IMG/VR virus record: IMGVR_UViG_3300048898_000066
Location: 5,325 to 69,324 of that record
Length of the DNA: 64,000 nucleotides
Reading direction: 5' to 3' (one strand)
Source of the DNA: a virus
Lineage: Duplodnaviria > Caudoviricetes
The notes beneath the pieces are model-generated. The model saw only the letters and a program-made list of their open reading frames with translations, was not told where the DNA came from and made no database searches. Positions 10,113 through 20,711 of the stretch are shown in pieces. Made by a program: the position numbers and the translations under genes. Within the stretch, counting starts at the first letter, position 1; each line of letters starts with the position of its first letter.

Positions 10113-10681
10113 TGCCAAATTCAATTCTATCATCCGTATTGAACACTCTGCAATTCAGAGTATATGACGAGCGAAACGGATCGCAAATTTGGAAGAGCAT
10201 CGGCATCCTGGATGTGCAGTACGATGCCGAATCTGCCAATTCGCAGAAGCCAATTTCAAACATTCAGTTTTCTGAAGGCGCGACGTACGACAAACTTCAG
10301 AGTTCAGACATTGAAGACAGCAAAATCATCCGGCCCAGCTTCATCAAAATCATTGGAATGGTGCCAGACATCACCACGACAGAGGCCATTCTGTCTGCGT
10401 GGAATAACGTATTCCTTACATTCACAGTGATGTCCAGGAGCGTAATAGCAGAAGGCATGACCGTAACCAACGTAACAATCGAGCAGACGCCGGAATGGAT
10501 AAGCGCAGACAGAATCACCATAGAAATGGAGCAAGTTGCGCTGCCATCCTTTTCCGGATATCGCCCGAAGCAAGCTGCCGACAGGTCGCCAATCGGTCTT
10601 AGGATACAAACACCAACGTCTGTGGCGGACACAATAACGACCATCTATAATCGCGTGAAATCTTTCACCGGAGTCTTCTAA
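10112..10681 (+). CDS. Baseplate/tube initiator (Dit-like), paralog-like
   Basis: 189 aa; similar layout to the preceding gene (D.KII.P..I; I..EQ). Confidence 0.5.
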   Translation: MPNSILSSVLNTLQFRVYDERNGSQIWKSIGILDVQYDAESANSQKPISNIQFSEGATYDKLQSSDIEDSKIIRPSFIKIIGMVPDITTTEAILSAWNNVFLTFTVMSRSVIAEGMTVTNVTIEQTPEWISADRITIEMEQVALPSFSGYRPKQAADRSPIGLRIQTPTSVADTITTIYNRVKSFTGVF

Positions 10682-10682
10682 A

Positions 10683-11111
10683 ATGATTGAAATTACTACC
10701 AGCACAGGCCAACGTAAAATCCATCTCGGCCACTTCGCGGCGTTGGACGGATGGGATATTCAACACCGCTTCCTGGCGTTCGCTGCGTCCAACGACAAAG
10801 TTGAGAGGCGCACTTATGTTATGGAGGTGCTTTCTTACGCTCGCGTCGAAATTCAAGGCGCATCAGACCACATCCCGTTGACTACCGCCGCGCTGATCAA
10901 CAACCACCTGGAATCGTGGAAAAATATCGAGGCCGTGTTCAATGGAATCTTGCTGAAGAACGGCATCGACCCTGAGACTCATGCCACCAAGACTCGATTC
11001 TGGGCTGATGCCGGTGAAGAGATGGCAATGGCGTTCATCGCGGCGTGCTCTTCCCTCATCAAACCTGCAATGGAATTCGCAGAAGAACAATACGGAAACA
11101 AACAAGGCTAA
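10683..11111 (+). CDS. Tail assembly chaperone
   Basis: 142 aa directly before the tape measure gene. Confidence 0.5.
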   Translation: MIEITTSTGQRKIHLGHFAALDGWDIQHRFLAFAASNDKVERRTYVMEVLSYARVEIQGASDHIPLTTAALINNHLESWKNIEAVFNGILLKNGIDPETHATKTRFWADAGEEMAMAFIAACSSLIKPAMEFAEEQYGNKQG

Positions 11112-11120
11112 GGAATTGCC

Positions 11121-13541
11121 ATGGCGGATGATCTGGAAAAGTTCGTCCTCCAGTATGAGGTTGATGTCAAAGACACATCACGAAGACTGGAGGAGTTGAA
11201 CGAGAAAATTGATAAGACCAACAAGGCCCAGAAAGAAGGTCGTGTAAAGGACGCAGCCGACGCCAAGAAAGCAGAGAAGGAAAAGCAAGATCTGCAGAAG
11301 CGAGAGACCAAGGCTCAAGAGGCCGCTCTCGCAAAGCAGGAGAAGGATCGAAAGGCCAACCAAAAGCGCGAGTCCGACGATGCCAAGAAGGTTGAGAAGG
11401 AAAAGAAAGACGCACAGGCCCGCAAGGAAAAGGAGCAGGAAGTCGCTGCCAAGAAGGCCAAGAAGGCCGCTGAGACGACTTCTGAAGGTGCTAAGACACT
11501 CGCCAACGACGCTGCAGACGAGCTAGCCCGCCTCGTGCCTGGCGTTGACAAGGTAACGGCCTCCGTCACCAGTATGGGCTCGGCTTTCGGCGTAGCAGGC
11601 GCTGCCATTGCAGTACTGGCTGCCGGCATCACATCCGTGATGAACCTCAAAGAGCAGTACGATAAGCAACGTCAAACAGGCATGGACGTTGGCGTGTCTG
11701 CACCTCGCATCGAAGAGTACCAACGCAAATTCCAGAAATACGGAGAAGGGCGCGTATCCAGGGACCAGACCATTGAGAACGTCAGGAAGATTAACGACGT
11801 TCGCGCGGCAGCTTATAAAGATCCGACTAGGATGGGCGAACAGGCTCGCATTATGCGACTGATCGGTATCAACGTCGGCAACCTAGGTGAGAAGCCTATT
11901 GGAATGAACGAGTTGATGGGCAAACTTGGTCAGAAATTCGCTGGAGGAACGGAAGCGCAGGCACAGGCAATTGGCGCTCAATTCGGACTCAGTCAAGACT
12001 TCACCAGCGCGCTTCGCAAGATGGGCGGTTCTGTCGGTCAAGTCACAGAAACGAGCGAAGACGAACTCAGAAACAAGCAACAGACCAATAAGAACCTTGA
12101 CAAGTTCAACGAATCCCTCGCAAGGATGAATGAGGAGTTCCTGAAGGCAAGCAACGTCATCGCAGAGAAGCTTCTGCCATACCTGACCAAAATAGTTGAC
12201 TTTGGAGCGAAAGTTGCCAAGTTTGTCCCGGCAGCAGCTGAAGAGTCCGAGAAAGCCATTGCAGAACCACTTGGAATCCTCAAATCAGCAGCAGCACTAG
12301 GCGGCGCAATTGGCGACAAGATCAACGGGACAAAAGACACTCTGTTTGAAGCATACCAGAAACGTCGCGGCACTGGCGAGTACAGCAAAGAAGCGATTGC
12401 GCGACGTGCAGAACTGGAAAGGAAGAAAGAGGAAGAGAAGAAAGACACCGGTGTAGTTAATAGCGCCAATCAGATTGTGGAAGATGCCGATAAGAACAAC
12501 AAAACTAACAACGAGAGCGTCAACGAATTTGGCTTGATCGTTAACATGTTTGCTGGTGCCGTATCGTCGTTTGCCAATGCTGTGGACGAGAAACAGGCAT
12601 GGGCCGCGTGGGCGGGCGAGGTCGGAAAGGCCGCTGGCCTTCGTACGCCGGAAGCTCCAGGAACCGTGCCAGGCGTGGCCACTTCCAACGTTGTGAACGA
12701 GTCGAAAGGATTGTCATATAACTCTCCAACCAAGTTTGATCCATTCTTTGACGAGGCTGCGAAACGATTCAACATTTCGACAAGTCTTTTGAAGCGTGTT
12801 GCAAACGTCGAATCCAAGTTTGACCCTAATGCGGTCAGCAAAGTGGGCGCGAAAGGGCTTATGCAGGTGACGCCGGAGAACTCCATAAGGCTGAAGGTGG
12901 CAAATCCGTTTGACCCGCGATCCAACATCATGGCAGGCGCGGAAATACTGTCAGAGAATCTTAAACGCTCTAAAGGTGACGTTGTCACGGCTCTTCGAAT
13001 GTATCACGGTGGCCTTGACCGAAGCGCATGGGGTGCAAAGACCATGGCCTACTCTGACAAAGTGCTGAATCAAGGAGAGGTGTCCAATCGCGGCGAGTCT
13101 AAAGCCAACATTAACCTTGCGGCGGTTCAAGCAAACATTGCCCAGAGGCTTGGGGTTCCTGTTCGTCAGATTCAGATGGGAGGAATCACCAAAGGGGATG
13201 TAACATGGACGGCCAACCAGAAGGAAGCGGAACTGCAGAACAAAATCATCGACTTGAACCGTCAGAAGATGACTGCAAATCTTCCAAAAACTGAGTATGA
13301 TCGAATCGCCCGTGAGACTCTGGAAACGCAAAGTGGCCTGGAGACACTGCGCAAGTATCGCGGCGATGCAGAATCCAAGGCCAAAGAAGGCGAGCGCCGA
13401 ATCACAGTTGGCCAGATTCCTGTTGTGGTGAATGTAACCGCTTCTGGCTCTGTAGAAGATGTCCAAAAAGGAATCAGAGAAAACGTTATGAAAGGCGTTC
13501 AGGACGGACTCAATGCAATCAACGACGGAAAGAAACTGTAA
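11121..13541 (+). CDS. Tape measure protein with lytic transglycosylase (SLT) domain
   Basis: 806 aa helical; VES.FDPNAVS..GA.GLMQV, NI.AG and A...YHGG SLT motifs; K/E/A-rich N-terminal segment. Confidence 0.85.
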   Translation: MADDLEKFVLQYEVDVKDTSRRLEELNEKIDKTNKAQKEGRVKDAADAKKAEKEKQDLQKRETKAQEAALAKQEKDRKANQKRESDDAKKVEKEKKDAQARKEKEQEVAAKKAKKAAETTSEGAKTLANDAADELARLVPGVDKVTASVTSMGSAFGVAGAAIAVLAAGITSVMNLKEQYDKQRQTGMDVGVSAPRIEEYQRKFQKYGEGRVSRDQTIENVRKINDVRAAAYKDPTRMGEQARIMRLIGINVGNLGEKPIGMNELMGKLGQKFAGGTEAQAQAIGAQFGLSQDFTSALRKMGGSVGQVTETSEDELRNKQQTNKNLDKFNESLARMNEEFLKASNVIAEKLLPYLTKIVDFGAKVAKFVPAAAEESEKAIAEPLGILKSAAALGGAIGDKINGTKDTLFEAYQKRRGTGEYSKEAIARRAELERKKEEEKKDTGVVNSANQIVEDADKNNKTNNESVNEFGLIVNMFAGAVSSFANAVDEKQAWAAWAGEVGKAAGLRTPEAPGTVPGVATSNVVNESKGLSYNSPTKFDPFFDEAAKRFNISTSLLKRVANVESKFDPNAVSKVGAKGLMQVTPENSIRLKVANPFDPRSNIMAGAEILSENLKRSKGDVVTALRMYHGGLDRSAWGAKTMAYSDKVLNQGEVSNRGESKANINLAAVQANIAQRLGVPVRQIQMGGITKGDVTWTANQKEAELQNKIIDLNRQKMTANLPKTEYDRIARETLETQSGLETLRKYRGDAESKAKEGERRITVGQIPVVVNVTASGSVEDVQKGIRENVMKGVQDGLNAINDGKKL

Positions 13542-14419
13542 TGCTTAAAAGGCGAGTACTACGCGCTACGCTAGGGATGCCGAATGGTGACGTTGTTCTG
13601 GACCAGTCGCTTGACCTGCGATTTAACATTCGCAAGGCAGCGCTGGCACTTCAGAACAGGGCTTCTGTGACCGTTTTCGGCATGTCCCAGCCTTTGCGAG
13701 AGCAGCTGCTATCTCAGTTCACAGCATGGAACAAGCGTCAAGTAGAAGTCGGAATGCTTGAGCGCAAATGGATTGAAGTTAAGCTTGAGGCGGGATACTT
13801 GGATGCTGATGGCGTGGAAATCTCCGCTGTCGTTTTCAAGGGCCAGGTGGTGCTGGTCAACCTTGTATCGGCACCACCTGACATCGGCATAACGATTCAA
13901 TGCTACACTCGTCAGGTGGACAAGACGACGTTCGTCAGCGACCCTGCGCCAGTGACGACGACTCTGGCAGAGTATGTGAAATGGGCGGCAGGTCAAATGG
14001 GACTTGGCGATCACTATTTGTGCCAGACATCGTACAACGATCAAGTCATCGAGAATCCGTCGTCTGGCGCTCTTATCATCGCGGCGTTGACTGTTGACAT
14101 TCAAAACGCACGCCGCCCTGATGTGGCGGCATTTGTTGATGATGACTTCCTTTACGTCAAGGATAGGGATAAAATCATCAATCTTTCAGAGATGGCCTTT
14201 GTCACAGAATTCGTTGGCATCCCGTCATGGACTGAATGGGGAATCGAGTTTGAAGCGATGTTTGATACGTCAATCAGATTGGCGCATGGAGTTGATGTAA
14301 AATCTCAACTCAATCCGTCCATTGACGGTCAGTACGTCTTGGTGTCGATTGAGTATGATCTTTCCAGTCGCGACACTCCGTTCTATGTAAAGGCACAAGG
14401 CGCGCCGCCTTCTCAATAA
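13541..14419 (+). CDS. Baseplate hub protein
   Basis: 292 aa after TMP; synteny and two-domain hub pattern. Confidence 0.65.
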   Translation: MLKRRVLRATLGMPNGDVVLDQSLDLRFNIRKAALALQNRASVTVFGMSQPLREQLLSQFTAWNKRQVEVGMLERKWIEVKLEAGYLDADGVEISAVVFKGQVVLVNLVSAPPDIGITIQCYTRQVDKTTFVSDPAPVTTTLAEYVKWAAGQMGLGDHYLCQTSYNDQVIENPSSGALIIAALTVDIQNARRPDVAAFVDDDFLYVKDRDKIINLSEMAFVTEFVGIPSWTEWGIEFEAMFDTSIRLAHGVDVKSQLNPSIDGQYVLVSIEYDLSSRDTPFYVKAQGAPPSQ

Positions 14420-14420
14420 C

Positions 14421-14930
14421 ATGATCAAGACAAAAGAATTTGAAGCATTCGGGCGACAATACCGCACCACGCAGTTCCCTGCCGTTCGCGCACTTGAAAT
14501 AATGGAGATGAAAGTTCAGCACCCTGTCTGCGTTTTGGAGAGGACCGAAGTCAAACAGAACGGCGTTTGGACTGCTTTAAACAGCGCAGAAGCAATAAAC
14601 GAACTTGTGTTTGACGACGCGGCCATAATTGCACCTAGACTGGCGCTCAACGGCATTTTGAGTCTTGTAGGAGACTACAGTTTCGGTTTCCTCCGTGAAT
14701 GGCGCGGCGCGAAGGTTCCGACGCGATTCACAAGTGGCGCGCAATCCATAGAGTCCAAAAACATTGATCCTACAATTGGCACTTTGACGACTGAGGGCAT
14801 GGCAACGATGAAGGAGCTTGAAGAGTACTACACTCTTGAAGACGCATTCAAAATGTTTGATGCCCTTGTCGTGAAAGGAATTAATGCCGCGCTGAGCCAG
14901 GAAGCTGCTGCAGATAAGGCCAAGGGCTAA
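14421..14930 (+). CDS. Tail assembly chaperone-like protein
   Basis: 169 aa; T..EL...YTLED...M motif. Confidence 0.5.
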   Translation: MIKTKEFEAFGRQYRTTQFPAVRALEIMEMKVQHPVCVLERTEVKQNGVWTALNSAEAINELVFDDAAIIAPRLALNGILSLVGDYSFGFLREWRGAKVPTRFTSGAQSIESKNIDPTIGTLTTEGMATMKELEEYYTLEDAFKMFDALVVKGINAALSQEAAADKAKG

Positions 14931-14967
14931 CACCGTACAAGCCATCCGTGTTCGATATAATCGACGG

Positions 14968-15726
14968 ATGGCTAACCAAACCCAACTGCCCCTCTTAGAC
15001 GCACTTCCCGGCAATCGACAAGCCGGGGTGGCAGGCCTCATCACAGAGGCACTGCGCAAGTTCGCTGTTGACGATGATAATATGATTCCGGCAAAGGTCG
15101 TGAACTTTGACCGAGAGAAAAATCTTGTCACCGTTCAACCGTTAATTATGTGGGTTGGCATGGATGACAAGAATTATTCCAGAAAGCAAATTGCCAATCT
15201 GAACTGCATCTCTTTAGGTGGCGGCGGATTCCACATAAGCTTCCCTTTGAATGAAGGCGATCTTGGCTGGATCATGGCCGCTGACCGCGATATTGCACTG
15301 TTCAAGTCGTCACTTGCCGAATCTGCACCAAATACTCACCGAGTGCACAGCTTCTCTGATGCCCTGTTCATTCCTGACGTATTCAGACAATACACTATCA
15401 ATTCAAGCGAAACAGCCGCGATGGTTATTCAGTCAACGGATGCTGCGACTAGAATTGCAATTTTCCCTGATCAAATTCACATCACCGCTCCTGCCATTTT
15501 GAAGGTGACGACTCCAACGGCTGAGTTTTCGGCTGACGTTCACGTCAAGGGAAACTTGCTGGTTGACCACAACTCGGTTACGACAGGCGCAACAACAGCC
15601 AACGGCGGGTTCACGGCAGCAGCTGGGCAAGCCTGCACGCTGCCGGCAACCACGACCGTGAATGGCAAGGCAGTCAACGGCCACGTTCACACCGACCCTC
15701 AAGGCGGTAGCACAGGACCATTCTAA
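14968..15726 (+). CDS. Baseplate central spike (gp138/gpV-like)
   Basis: VTVQPL, P...GD.G, DRDI and HSFSDA motifs; C-terminal HxH metal site (GHVHTD). Confidence 0.85.
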   Translation: MANQTQLPLLDALPGNRQAGVAGLITEALRKFAVDDDNMIPAKVVNFDREKNLVTVQPLIMWVGMDDKNYSRKQIANLNCISLGGGGFHISFPLNEGDLGWIMAADRDIALFKSSLAESAPNTHRVHSFSDALFIPDVFRQYTINSSETAAMVIQSTDAATRIAIFPDQIHITAPAILKVTTPTAEFSADVHVKGNLLVDHNSVTTGATTANGGFTAAAGQACTLPATTTVNGKAVNGHVHTDPQGGSTGPF

Positions 15727-17003
15727 TGACACAGTACAACTACATCATCGACTCGGGCACCATCGTTCCAGATTCAGCAGGCGTTATCACTGATGTTCAG
15801 AACGAGTATAAACAGGCTCTTGGTCAGAATATTAATACGGACGCAGCAACTCCGCAAGGTGCGTTGATGACTGGCGAAACGCTGGCACGCACCAGCGTTC
15901 TGAAAAATAATGCAGAGGTCGCTAACCAGATCAACCCTAACTTGGCGCGCGGCACTTTCCTGGATGCTGTGTGTGCTCTGCTCGGTATTGAGCGTGGCCA
16001 GAACCAATCGACCGCCGCGACTGGCATTCGAATCACTGGTAATCCATCTACCGTCATCAATGCAGGCTCCCGCGTTCAGACGTCGAATGGCGACATTTTC
16101 CTGCTGGCTGATGCCGTAACCATTCCTGTTGGCGGCGTAGTGAATAACGCCATCCTAGTCTCTCAGAGCTATGGCCCAATTCCGCTGCCTTATGAAACGT
16201 TGACGATTCTTGATGGCACCATCGGCTGGGGCACTTGCCAAGTGGTCGTGTCGCAGTCTCTGGTTGTTCTCGGATCCACTGCCATGGCAGATAACAAGCT
16301 GAGAAATTTCCGCAACCAGCGCCTGGCAACGCAAGGCATCGGCAGCAGCGCCGCCGTGACAGCAAACATTCTTGGCGTAGCAAACGTTACATCCTGCCAG
16401 GTGATCGAGAACAACACCGGAGCTACAGGCACGGTGAACGGCGTTGCATTCAGCCTTCCAAATGCTCTTTGGGTCTGCGTCGCTGGCACGCCGAACAAGG
16501 ACGATTTGGCCATGGCAATGTATGAAGCGCACCAAGGCGGTTGCCCTTGGGATTACGGCCAAACGGTCGGCGCTGTCGTTCCAGGGACACCTGTCGATGC
16601 GCCGAATGGCCATCAGGTAGTTGATCCTATCTCTCTGCAGCCGTATCGAGTCAAGTGGACCGCGCCTATCGACTATGATGGTTATGTCCACATCGAGGTC
16701 CACCAGCAAAATACTGTTGCCGATCCTGAATCTGCGGTGCGCAACGCCATATTGGATTACGCCACCGGACAGATGGATGGTGAACTTGGCCTCGTCGTCG
16801 GTGCGAATCTGTCAGCGTTCGAAATTGCAGGCGCGGTGGCGCGGCAAATTCCTGGCATGTACATCAAGACCTGCCAAGTAGCTCGCGTTCCGAAAGGTAA
16901 CACTGCACCGATTTATCCTGCTGGATTCTCTTACGAGGTGATCTCTGCGCCGTTTGACCTCGTTTCGCTGCTGTCTGGCAACATCCAAGTGGTGATTGTA
17001 TGA
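15726..17003 (+). CDS. Baseplate wedge protein (J-like)
   Basis: 425 aa; TPQG.L, NP..A.G..LD and GVANVTSC.V.EN motifs. Confidence 0.8.
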   Translation: MTQYNYIIDSGTIVPDSAGVITDVQNEYKQALGQNINTDAATPQGALMTGETLARTSVLKNNAEVANQINPNLARGTFLDAVCALLGIERGQNQSTAATGIRITGNPSTVINAGSRVQTSNGDIFLLADAVTIPVGGVVNNAILVSQSYGPIPLPYETLTILDGTIGWGTCQVVVSQSLVVLGSTAMADNKLRNFRNQRLATQGIGSSAAVTANILGVANVTSCQVIENNTGATGTVNGVAFSLPNALWVCVAGTPNKDDLAMAMYEAHQGGCPWDYGQTVGAVVPGTPVDAPNGHQVVDPISLQPYRVKWTAPIDYDGYVHIEVHQQNTVADPESAVRNAILDYATGQMDGELGLVVGANLSAFEIAGAVARQIPGMYIKTCQVARVPKGNTAPIYPAGFSYEVISAPFDLVSLLSGNIQVVIV

Positions 17004-17674
17004 CGATGCAAGTTTGGAATGGCGATATTGAGCAGGCACTTAAGTGGATGCATAGCAACGCGCCTAACATCCAATCTCTGATCATGCAGAAGAAGGCATG
17101 GTATGCAAAATATCAAGATCAATTCTGGGCTGACTGGCAGGCGAACGTATTCAACCTTGATACGGCCAACAACTTTGGATTGATGATTTGGTGCATCATC
17201 CTTGGAGTTCCTTCGCAACTGTTTGGCCTGTATCCTCCAGATCGCGCATTCGCGTACGGAGAATTCCGTCAGAACTTCGTCGGCAGCACCGGGCCAAACC
17301 CATCTCCGGGCGGCAACTTCTACGGCGGCGGCGAGTTCACCCTGTTGACGGCAAAGGAAATTCGCTGGGCACTGAAGTTGCGCTATTCCATGTTGGTCGG
17401 TAACGCACGGTTGATGTACATCAACCGGATGCTTAACTGGATCTTCAACGACGGACTGCCATGGGACATAGCAGGCGGCAAGTATGTTTACGTCACAGAT
17501 GTTACTGGTGATGCAGGACAGATCAAACCGCCGCCAGGCTCTGCTTTCCAGCTGGTATATCACTGTGGCCCTAACATGGGTTTTTCAGCCCAGTTCATCA
17601 ACCTGCTTAATGCGACTCAGTACGGAATCTTGCCGCAAGCAGCAGGAAGCAAAACAACCGTAATTCAGGACTAA
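17000..17674 (+). CDS. Baseplate wedge protein (DUF2612/gpI-like)
   Basis: FNLDTA..FGL.IW..ILG motif; between J-like and fibre genes. Confidence 0.75.
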   Translation: MTMQVWNGDIEQALKWMHSNAPNIQSLIMQKKAWYAKYQDQFWADWQANVFNLDTANNFGLMIWCIILGVPSQLFGLYPPDRAFAYGEFRQNFVGSTGPNPSPGGNFYGGGEFTLLTAKEIRWALKLRYSMLVGNARLMYINRMLNWIFNDGLPWDIAGGKYVYVTDVTGDAGQIKPPPGSAFQLVYHCGPNMGFSAQFINLLNATQYGILPQAAGSKTTVIQD

Positions 17675-17676
17675 AT

Positions 17677-20600
17677 ATGAGCCAGGATCTTATCAAACTC
17701 CCATTCGCCAACGCAGGCGATAAGGCCACGCCTCCGCAGACCAGCCCGACTGGCTTCGCCAACTTCCAAGACGGATACACGCAAGACTATGAAATCAGTC
17801 TTGCATCCGGGAACCCGCAGGCCAAGGCTGTTGAGCGTCAAATCCAGAACTACCTTTTCAACCAGCTTACAGAAATTGGCAAGGCGTGGCAGCGCGCAGC
17901 AATTCCTCCTTGGTTCTCCACAATGTCCACGCAAGGTGGCTATCAAAAGAATGCGTTTGTCCTTCGCCAACAGCCTGATCTCAGCTGGAAGCCTTATCGC
18001 TCCTTGGTGGACGCCAATGTATCCGACCCTATCAGCACGCCTGCGCAATGGGAATACGTATCTTCTTCCAGCGAGATTACCGCGCTGGTGCCTATGCCGT
18101 CTGGTGCAGGCAACGCGACGCAAGAGTTGATCTCTGCAGCCATCGACTTCAACTCCAAAACGACTTCTGGCACATTTGTCATTGCTGACTCGGCAGTTTT
18201 CGCGGCATCCACAAACGCGCCGCCGATGGTTGACGTAGCATCCCAAGTCGGTATGCTTGAGGTGAAATATCTGCTCGACCCGACGAATGGCCGCGTGATT
18301 CAACGCTGGACATCCTCTTCTGGTCGTGTAGCGATCCGATTCAAAACGAACGGAGTGTGGGATGCATGGTTTAGCATGGCAAAGGCCGGTGCGAACTATG
18401 ACCTGAACTCAATCAACTCGGTTAATTCGGTCACGTTCACAAACTCCAATCCGAGAATCAAGGCCGACCTGTCGAATGGGACTCTGGCAAATCGCTTGCT
18501 CCTCCAATCGTCCACGCTGAACGGATTCTCTTCTCTCGGCATAATCCCGAACGGTACTTCTGCAAGGTCTGGCTTCTCGGCTGCTGGTTCACAAGATCCG
18601 GACAATGCAAGTCTTGCCGGGTTTGAGATGGATACTAGTGGCACCAACATCATTTCCACGAAGTCCGGCACAGGAACGTACCTTCCTATCAATTTCTATG
18701 CAGGCGGCGCTCAGCGCGCCACTATTGCCACTGATGGAACGGCATCATTCTCTGTATCAGGCACTCAGCGCGCTCAAATAAATAGCAGCGGTGTGGCCGT
18801 CACAGGCAATGTATCTGCCACACAAGACGTTCAAGCAAGCGGAGTCGTTCGCGCTGGCGGAACACAAGATTATTCTGGATATGCATCAAGGGTTGTCATT
18901 GATTATACTGGGGAAGGCTCCAGGTATGGCATCTCCATGAAGCCAGCAACATCCGTTGCCACGACAATTGCCATTGAATTCCTGAAATCGACATCCACAA
19001 ACGCCGTTCCTGTCGATATGTGCGGGATTGACCATCTTGCCAGTGACGCAGGCATGTATTTGCGCGGGCCGTGGTCGGTGAACAACTTGTCATTCTCTGG
19101 TGTTGCAAGGATCAAGGGAGACTTCTCAAACGCCACAATCCCTAATAGAACGTTCTTCCAAAGTTCAACGTTGAATGGAGTCACTTATGTTGGCGCCATG
19201 CCAAATGGAACGGCAACAGACTCGGCATTCTATTGCCTGAATTCTTCAGACCCTAATAATGCAAGCTTCTTTTCACTTCAACTTAATAGCACAGAGGCGG
19301 TGTTGGGCACTAGCTCGACTGGCTCTGGAACTCTTAAGCCTATCAAGTTAAAGATGGGGACGGCAACCTATATGCAGGTTGACCCTTCTGGAAACGTTGG
19401 AATTGGCGTTCCACTTGGCTCTGGCAACGGATATGCTGGCGATGTAACATCCGCATCTAACGCAACTTTCCGTCTGTATGATACAGTTGACGGCGTCACA
19501 AAACTCACCAACAATTACTCAAACGGATATATCCAGATGAGTGCCAATGCCCAAATTGCTGCTTTCAACAGCGGATCAGCAAATGGCCCGTATTGCGCAT
19601 TCAAGATTAACGGCGCTTCTCCATTTGCATATATCGGGTCAGGCATTCAACTGATTAGCGGCGCATCAGCAGCCGACATCGCACTGCGCTCAGAAACCGG
19701 TAAAGTGATCCTCGGAACTAATGGAGGCACAAACACCGCGCTATTGGCATCGAATGGTTGTTTTGGCGTCGGCATCAACGGCCCTGTCGAAAAACTTCAC
19801 CTTTCAGGCACTGGCACGACTTCTGCACGAATCGACTCCACCAATGGAGGAATGACTCAACTGCGCATGATCAGCCTCACGAACTATGCATGGGACTTGC
19901 AAGCGGATACATCGTGGAGGCTAGTAAAAGACGGATCAGAGATTCTTCGTGCAGACAACAGCGGAAGAGTTGGCATTGCCACAAACAACCCGTCTGCACA
20001 ATTAGAGGTCAATGGTCTGGTTAAATTCACCACGCAAAGCCAGTTTGACAATAGCACATATGGCGCTACTACGGCATTTGTTCAGCGCGCACTGGGCAAC
20101 TATCAGACATTCTACTCCGTCGCAAACGGAGCAACCATTCCAGGCGCAAATGCCGGCAGCATGGTTGGCTCGTCATCGCCATCAGACACAAATCACCAAC
20201 TGCCTCTGCTATCTTCTGTTTCCACAGGGGCGGCGATAACATATCGAAATGCAAACGTCGGCCCGGTAACAATCGCCAGAAGCGGTTCAGATCTGATTGA
20301 TGTGAACGGGACAACTGGCACGGCCATTTCTGTGCCAGTTGGCTCTTGGGTGATGTTCGTCAAGGCATCTGCCACTCTCTGGGTGGCGGTTGGCGGCGCA
20401 ACGCTAGGCTCCGACGCACAGTTCCAATCGAGCAAAGCAACCAACGGATATCAAAAGCTGCCAGGCGGCCTGATCATTCAATGGGGCCAGGCAACAAGCT
20501 CTAGCTCGGGCGATGTGTCGGTTACCCTTCCTATTGCATTCCCGAATGGGATGCTTAACCTTCAAATCACTCCAGCAACAAGCGGCAGCGGAGCTATGGC

Positions 20601-20703
20601 AGGCTACAATTCCACCTCTTCTCTTCAGTTCGCATTCTCTTGCTGGTCGGCAGTTTCAACAAGGGTTGCCGCTACCGTGTCTTGGGTTGCCATCGGATAC
20701 TAA
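17677..20703 (+). CDS. Tail fibre protein
   Basis: 1008 aa; PFA..GD anchor N-terminus; G/S/T/N-rich shaft with an internal repeat; GYQKLPGGLIIQWG C-terminal domain. Confidence 0.9.
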   Translation: MSQDLIKLPFANAGDKATPPQTSPTGFANFQDGYTQDYEISLASGNPQAKAVERQIQNYLFNQLTEIGKAWQRAAIPPWFSTMSTQGGYQKNAFVLRQQPDLSWKPYRSLVDANVSDPISTPAQWEYVSSSSEITALVPMPSGAGNATQELISAAIDFNSKTTSGTFVIADSAVFAASTNAPPMVDVASQVGMLEVKYLLDPTNGRVIQRWTSSSGRVAIRFKTNGVWDAWFSMAKAGANYDLNSINSVNSVTFTNSNPRIKADLSNGTLANRLLLQSSTLNGFSSLGIIPNGTSARSGFSAAGSQDPDNASLAGFEMDTSGTNIISTKSGTGTYLPINFYAGGAQRATIATDGTASFSVSGTQRAQINSSGVAVTGNVSATQDVQASGVVRAGGTQDYSGYASRVVIDYTGEGSRYGISMKPATSVATTIAIEFLKSTSTNAVPVDMCGIDHLASDAGMYLRGPWSVNNLSFSGVARIKGDFSNATIPNRTFFQSSTLNGVTYVGAMPNGTATDSAFYCLNSSDPNNASFFSLQLNSTEAVLGTSSTGSGTLKPIKLKMGTATYMQVDPSGNVGIGVPLGSGNGYAGDVTSASNATFRLYDTVDGVTKLTNNYSNGYIQMSANAQIAAFNSGSANGPYCAFKINGASPFAYIGSGIQLISGASAADIALRSETGKVILGTNGGTNTALLASNGCFGVGINGPVEKLHLSGTGTTSARIDSTNGGMTQLRMISLTNYAWDLQADTSWRLVKDGSEILRADNSGRVGIATNNPSAQLEVNGLVKFTTQSQFDNSTYGATTAFVQRALGNYQTFYSVANGATIPGANAGSMVGSSSPSDTNHQLPLLSSVSTGAAITYRNANVGPVTIARSGSDLIDVNGTTGTAISVPVGSWVMFVKASATLWVAVGGATLGSDAQFQSSKATNGYQKLPGGLIIQWGQATSSSSGDVSVTLPIAFPNGMLNLQITPATSGSGAMAGYNSTSSLQFAFSCWSAVSTRVAATVSWVAIGY

Positions 20704-20711
20704 GGATCAAT

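Noticed and set aside
10683-11121. Programmed frameshift in the tail chaperone (lambda G/GT type)
   Set aside because: No slippery heptamer or second-frame ORF seen before the TMP
17677-20703. Diversity-generating retroelement or invertible fibre cassette
   Set aside because: No reverse transcriptase, invertase or near-identical template repeat; the internal repeat is diverged
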